Below, one piece after another: positions 61,212-64,000 of a stretch of 64,000 nucleotides of DNA (position 1 is its first letter; each line of letters starts with the position of its first letter). Under the pieces are notes generated by a model. That model saw nothing but the letters and a program-made list of their open reading frames with translations. It was not told the DNA's origin and made no database searches. Where the stretch lies: assembly GCF_009914755.1 (NCBI RefSeq), contig NC_060944.1. One strand, written 5' to 3'. A program made the translations under genes and the position numbers. The stretch is from the human T2T-CHM13v2.0 reference genome, Homo sapiens.

Positions 61212-63331
61212 GTAAGACTTGCCCACTCGGGCATGCTCCCCGTTGCTTCTCGCTGTTTTTCTTTTCTTTCTTCCTCTCTTTTTTTTTTTTCCCCCTTTTT
61301 AAAAATTTTACTCCCCAGAACCCTGAGCCCTGCCTGAGCCTCCCACCCTGGTGGGGGACTCTGGCCTGAGCAAGGCTTGACCACAAAGGCTGTGGCCACC
61401 TGACGCGCCTGCCTTCGCCTTCCCATTGGTAAACATGGAGGGGTGGGGCCACGTTGCCGTTTCTAAATTTGTGTAATTTTTATCTTCCATTGTGACCTTC
61501 ATATATTGAAAGAGTTTACTAGATGGGCTGCTTTTACTAAGCGTTGTTGTCTTGGTTTCCCTGACAGTTACCTGCTGCTGACACATTAGACACAGAGGTT
61601 GGCTGGCATGCAGGGCACTGGGCATTCCCAGCAGCCGGGGTTGGCAGGGCAATTTTGTGCCTTGTGATTTCTGTACAGTTTTTGGAAATTTCTGAAACAA
61701 TGGGGCCAAGTTTTTTTGTTTTTGTTTTTAAGGCATAACATTTCATCCCTAGCCTTGGGGCCAGTTGTTCAGAGCCCTGTGGCTACCCCTAGATGGGCTG
61801 CCTTTTTCCAGAAGCCCGAGGCCTCCCTCCCCACCCAGTCCCTGCTCCTGGTCCTGTTAAGCCTTGCTTTATTCTGGGTGTTTTTCTTGTTTTTCCCCTG
61901 TTTTCTTTCTTTCTTTCTTTTCTCTTTCTTTTTTCTTTCTTTTCTTTTCTTTTTTTTTTTTTGCCTTTTCCTTTTTACCCATTTGATTGTCTTGATTTTT
62001 GATTTTCATTTCAGTTTTGTTTTGTTTTTGCTGTTGACTTTTTGGTCCTTTTTCCTCCTTCCCTGTCCTGCCCTGTCTTCCAAATCCCTAAAAAGGTCTC
62101 TGGGGACGTAACAGAAAGTTGGGTGGGTCAAGTGACAGGAAGAGATGTCAGGGAGAGGCCAGAGCTGGCAGGGACACAGCTGGAAGGGCAGAGGAGCACC
62201 TGGGCAGAAAGGAGCTGGGACAGTGGAGCCCAGGGGAGAGGGTCGGGCAAGGGAGGGGTGGGAGAGGCTGCCCGCAGGAGCCATGGCTGCAGGAACTTAA
62301 AAGATTGATCAGCTCCCCTTACCTTGGCCCCAAATTTGGCCAAACGGGCTAGAGAGAGCCCTGCACAAAAGCACTGGATGGGAGTGTATTGGGGGGTTCC
62401 ACCTCCCCTGCCCAATGTCCCTGTGGGTATTTTAACTCTTGGGCTCCCTGGAGGTGAATGAATGACCACAAAGTCCGTGGTGGTATATCTGTTCCCTCCA
62501 GAATCCATTCCTTCCCTTCTCTCCCTTTCTTCCTTGGCTCCCAGCATCCGGAGTAGGGAAGAGAAGGAAAGGAAAAGGAAGGGAAGGTGAGGATGAGGCT
62601 AGGATGGGGAGAAGGAGGATCTGCTCAATTCACTTAGTCCCCCTGGGTGACACACAGGACCGCTGTGGCGTCCAGGCGGCAGGATGCTGGGCACCTGCCC
62701 TGCCGCTCCTGACTTGCTGTGTGGCCTTGAGCAGATCCACTCCCTGCCCAGAGCTTAGTCTCCTCATTTGCAAATTAGGGCTAATAATGGGCACCTGGCA
62801 GGGCCTTTGTGCGCACTGGTAGGTATACAGGCAGACAAACAATGAAGACACACCCAGTTGCATTACAAAGGAGAGGTGTGTAAGGTCATAGTGGGAGGTT
62901 AGGGCAGGAAGGTTCAGACCAGGAAGAGGTCTGTTCCAGCTTTGGAGCAGCCAGGAGGCCTTCCTAGAGGAGGGGGCACTTGGGCTGGGCTCTGGAGGGC
63001 CCTAGATTTTAGTCAGGAGGCCCCTGGGGCTTGGAGCAGGGCCACTGCATGGAGACTAGAAAATGAAGGGAGGCCAGAGGCCGGGCTGGGGCAGAGGAGG
63101 CTGCAGGTGGAGACTCTGGCTGGGGCTGTGCCACTCCCACTTTCCAGCATTTTGCCTCCTAACAGCTGCAGGAGGGTCAGGCCGAGGGGCTGAGGGTGGG
63201 GGCCATGCATTCCGGTGACTAACTCCACCCCCCTGTCCTGCTGCCCGCTGCCTCCCGCTGATACCCTGCCCCACCCCGCCCTTCCCCACCGGAGGCCTGG
63301 CCCTCTAATGTTGTCTGTCTTCTTCCCCCAG

Positions 63332-63355
63332 CAATTTCTGGCAACAAAGACGGGG
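63332..63355 (+). CDS. MYH7B: MYH7B 24-nt microexon in loop 1 (QFLATKTG)
   Basis: Good pyrimidine tract with CAG, GTGAGT donor, phase 0-0, between the P-loop and GTLEDQII exons. Confidence 0.85.
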
Positions 63356-63493
63356 GTGAGTATGGGGCCAATGTCAATGGGGCAGCCCTGGGGGTACCCC
63401 CTTCCTCTGCACAACAGAGGGGCCACGGGTGGCTCTGGCCTCCCGGTGGGTAGGCACCAGAACTGACAGACCCCCTCACCCCCACCGCCCCAG

Positions 63494-63586
63494 GGCACCC
63501 TTGAGGATCAAATCATCGAGGCCAACCCTGCCATGGAGGCCTTTGGCAACGCCAAGACCCTGAGGAATGATAACTCCTCCCGCTTT
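63494..63586 (+). CDS. MYH7B: MYH7B exon ([31 protein letters not shown]), switch 1
   Basis: [15 protein letters not shown] motif; 93 nt. Confidence 0.97.
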
Positions 63587-63705
63587 GTGAGTGGCTGAGG
63601 TGGGAGGGGTGGCGGGGATGCCGTAGGCCACCAGCGGCAGGTCGGGCACAGGTGGGGACAGTGCTGGCTGTGCCCCTTGGCTGAGGGCTGCCCCTCTGCC
63701 CACAG

Positions 63706-63769
63706 GGCAAGTTCATCCGCATTCACTTTGGTCCCTCTGGGAAGCTGGCATCCGCGGATATTGACAGCT
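63706..63769 (+). CDS. MYH7B: MYH7B exon ([21 protein letters not shown]); gene continues past the window
   Basis: GKFIRIHF motif; 64 nt; GTGAGT donor. Confidence 0.96.
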
Positions 63770-64000
63770 GTGAGTCAGCCCCCTGCGGGCGGTGCAGGGG
63801 AAGGAGGCCTGAGCCCGGTCACCCCAACTCGGCCTCTGTCATCACGACTTCTGGGCTCCTGCCTGCTCTGGGCACTTCTCTCTACCCCCTGGCTGCTGCC
63901 CAGCTCAGGCCACCTCACCTATCACCAGAACATCACCCCAGCCTCTGCCTGGTCTCCAGCTTCCTCTCCTCTACGCGGCCATAGTTTTGCTGGTCATATC

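Noticed and set aside
63770-64000. miR-499 hairpin
   Set aside because: The mature sequence was not seen; its host intron lies further 3' in MYH7B, outside the window.

Overview
Primate genomic DNA, almost certainly human 20q11.22, Alu-rich, holding three spliced protein-coding genes that I reassembled exon by exon from GT-AG sites and reading frame. (1) The last 8 exons of ACSS2 (acetyl-CoA synthetase 2, + strand; stop 5866-5868, polyA signal 6594). (2) The complete GSS gene (glutathione synthetase, - strand; 12 coding exons summing to 1425 nt = 474 aa + stop, non-coding exon 1 in a CpG island near 34.4 kb), tail-to-tail with ACSS2. (3) The 5' part of MYH7B (ancient slow/tonic myosin heavy chain and host of miR-499, which lies beyond the window), head-to-head with GSS. 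Most supplied ORFs are Alu or low-complexity noise. The most interesting sequence-level observations cluster on MYH7B: a long leader from the GSS CpG island that passes through an exonised antisense Alu, gains an in-frame ATG (42-aa extension) and splices into the middle of a muscle-type core promoter; a ~240-bp non-Alu inverted repeat just upstream of that promoter; a ~220-bp templated copy of nearby DNA inserted into an Alu; and an Alu inserted 13 nt from the acceptor of the frameshifting 157-nt cassette exon that uncouples myosin protein from RNA output. I see no prokaryotic-type system, CRISPR array or novel protein-coding gene. Repeat family names and boundaries are by eye and approximate.
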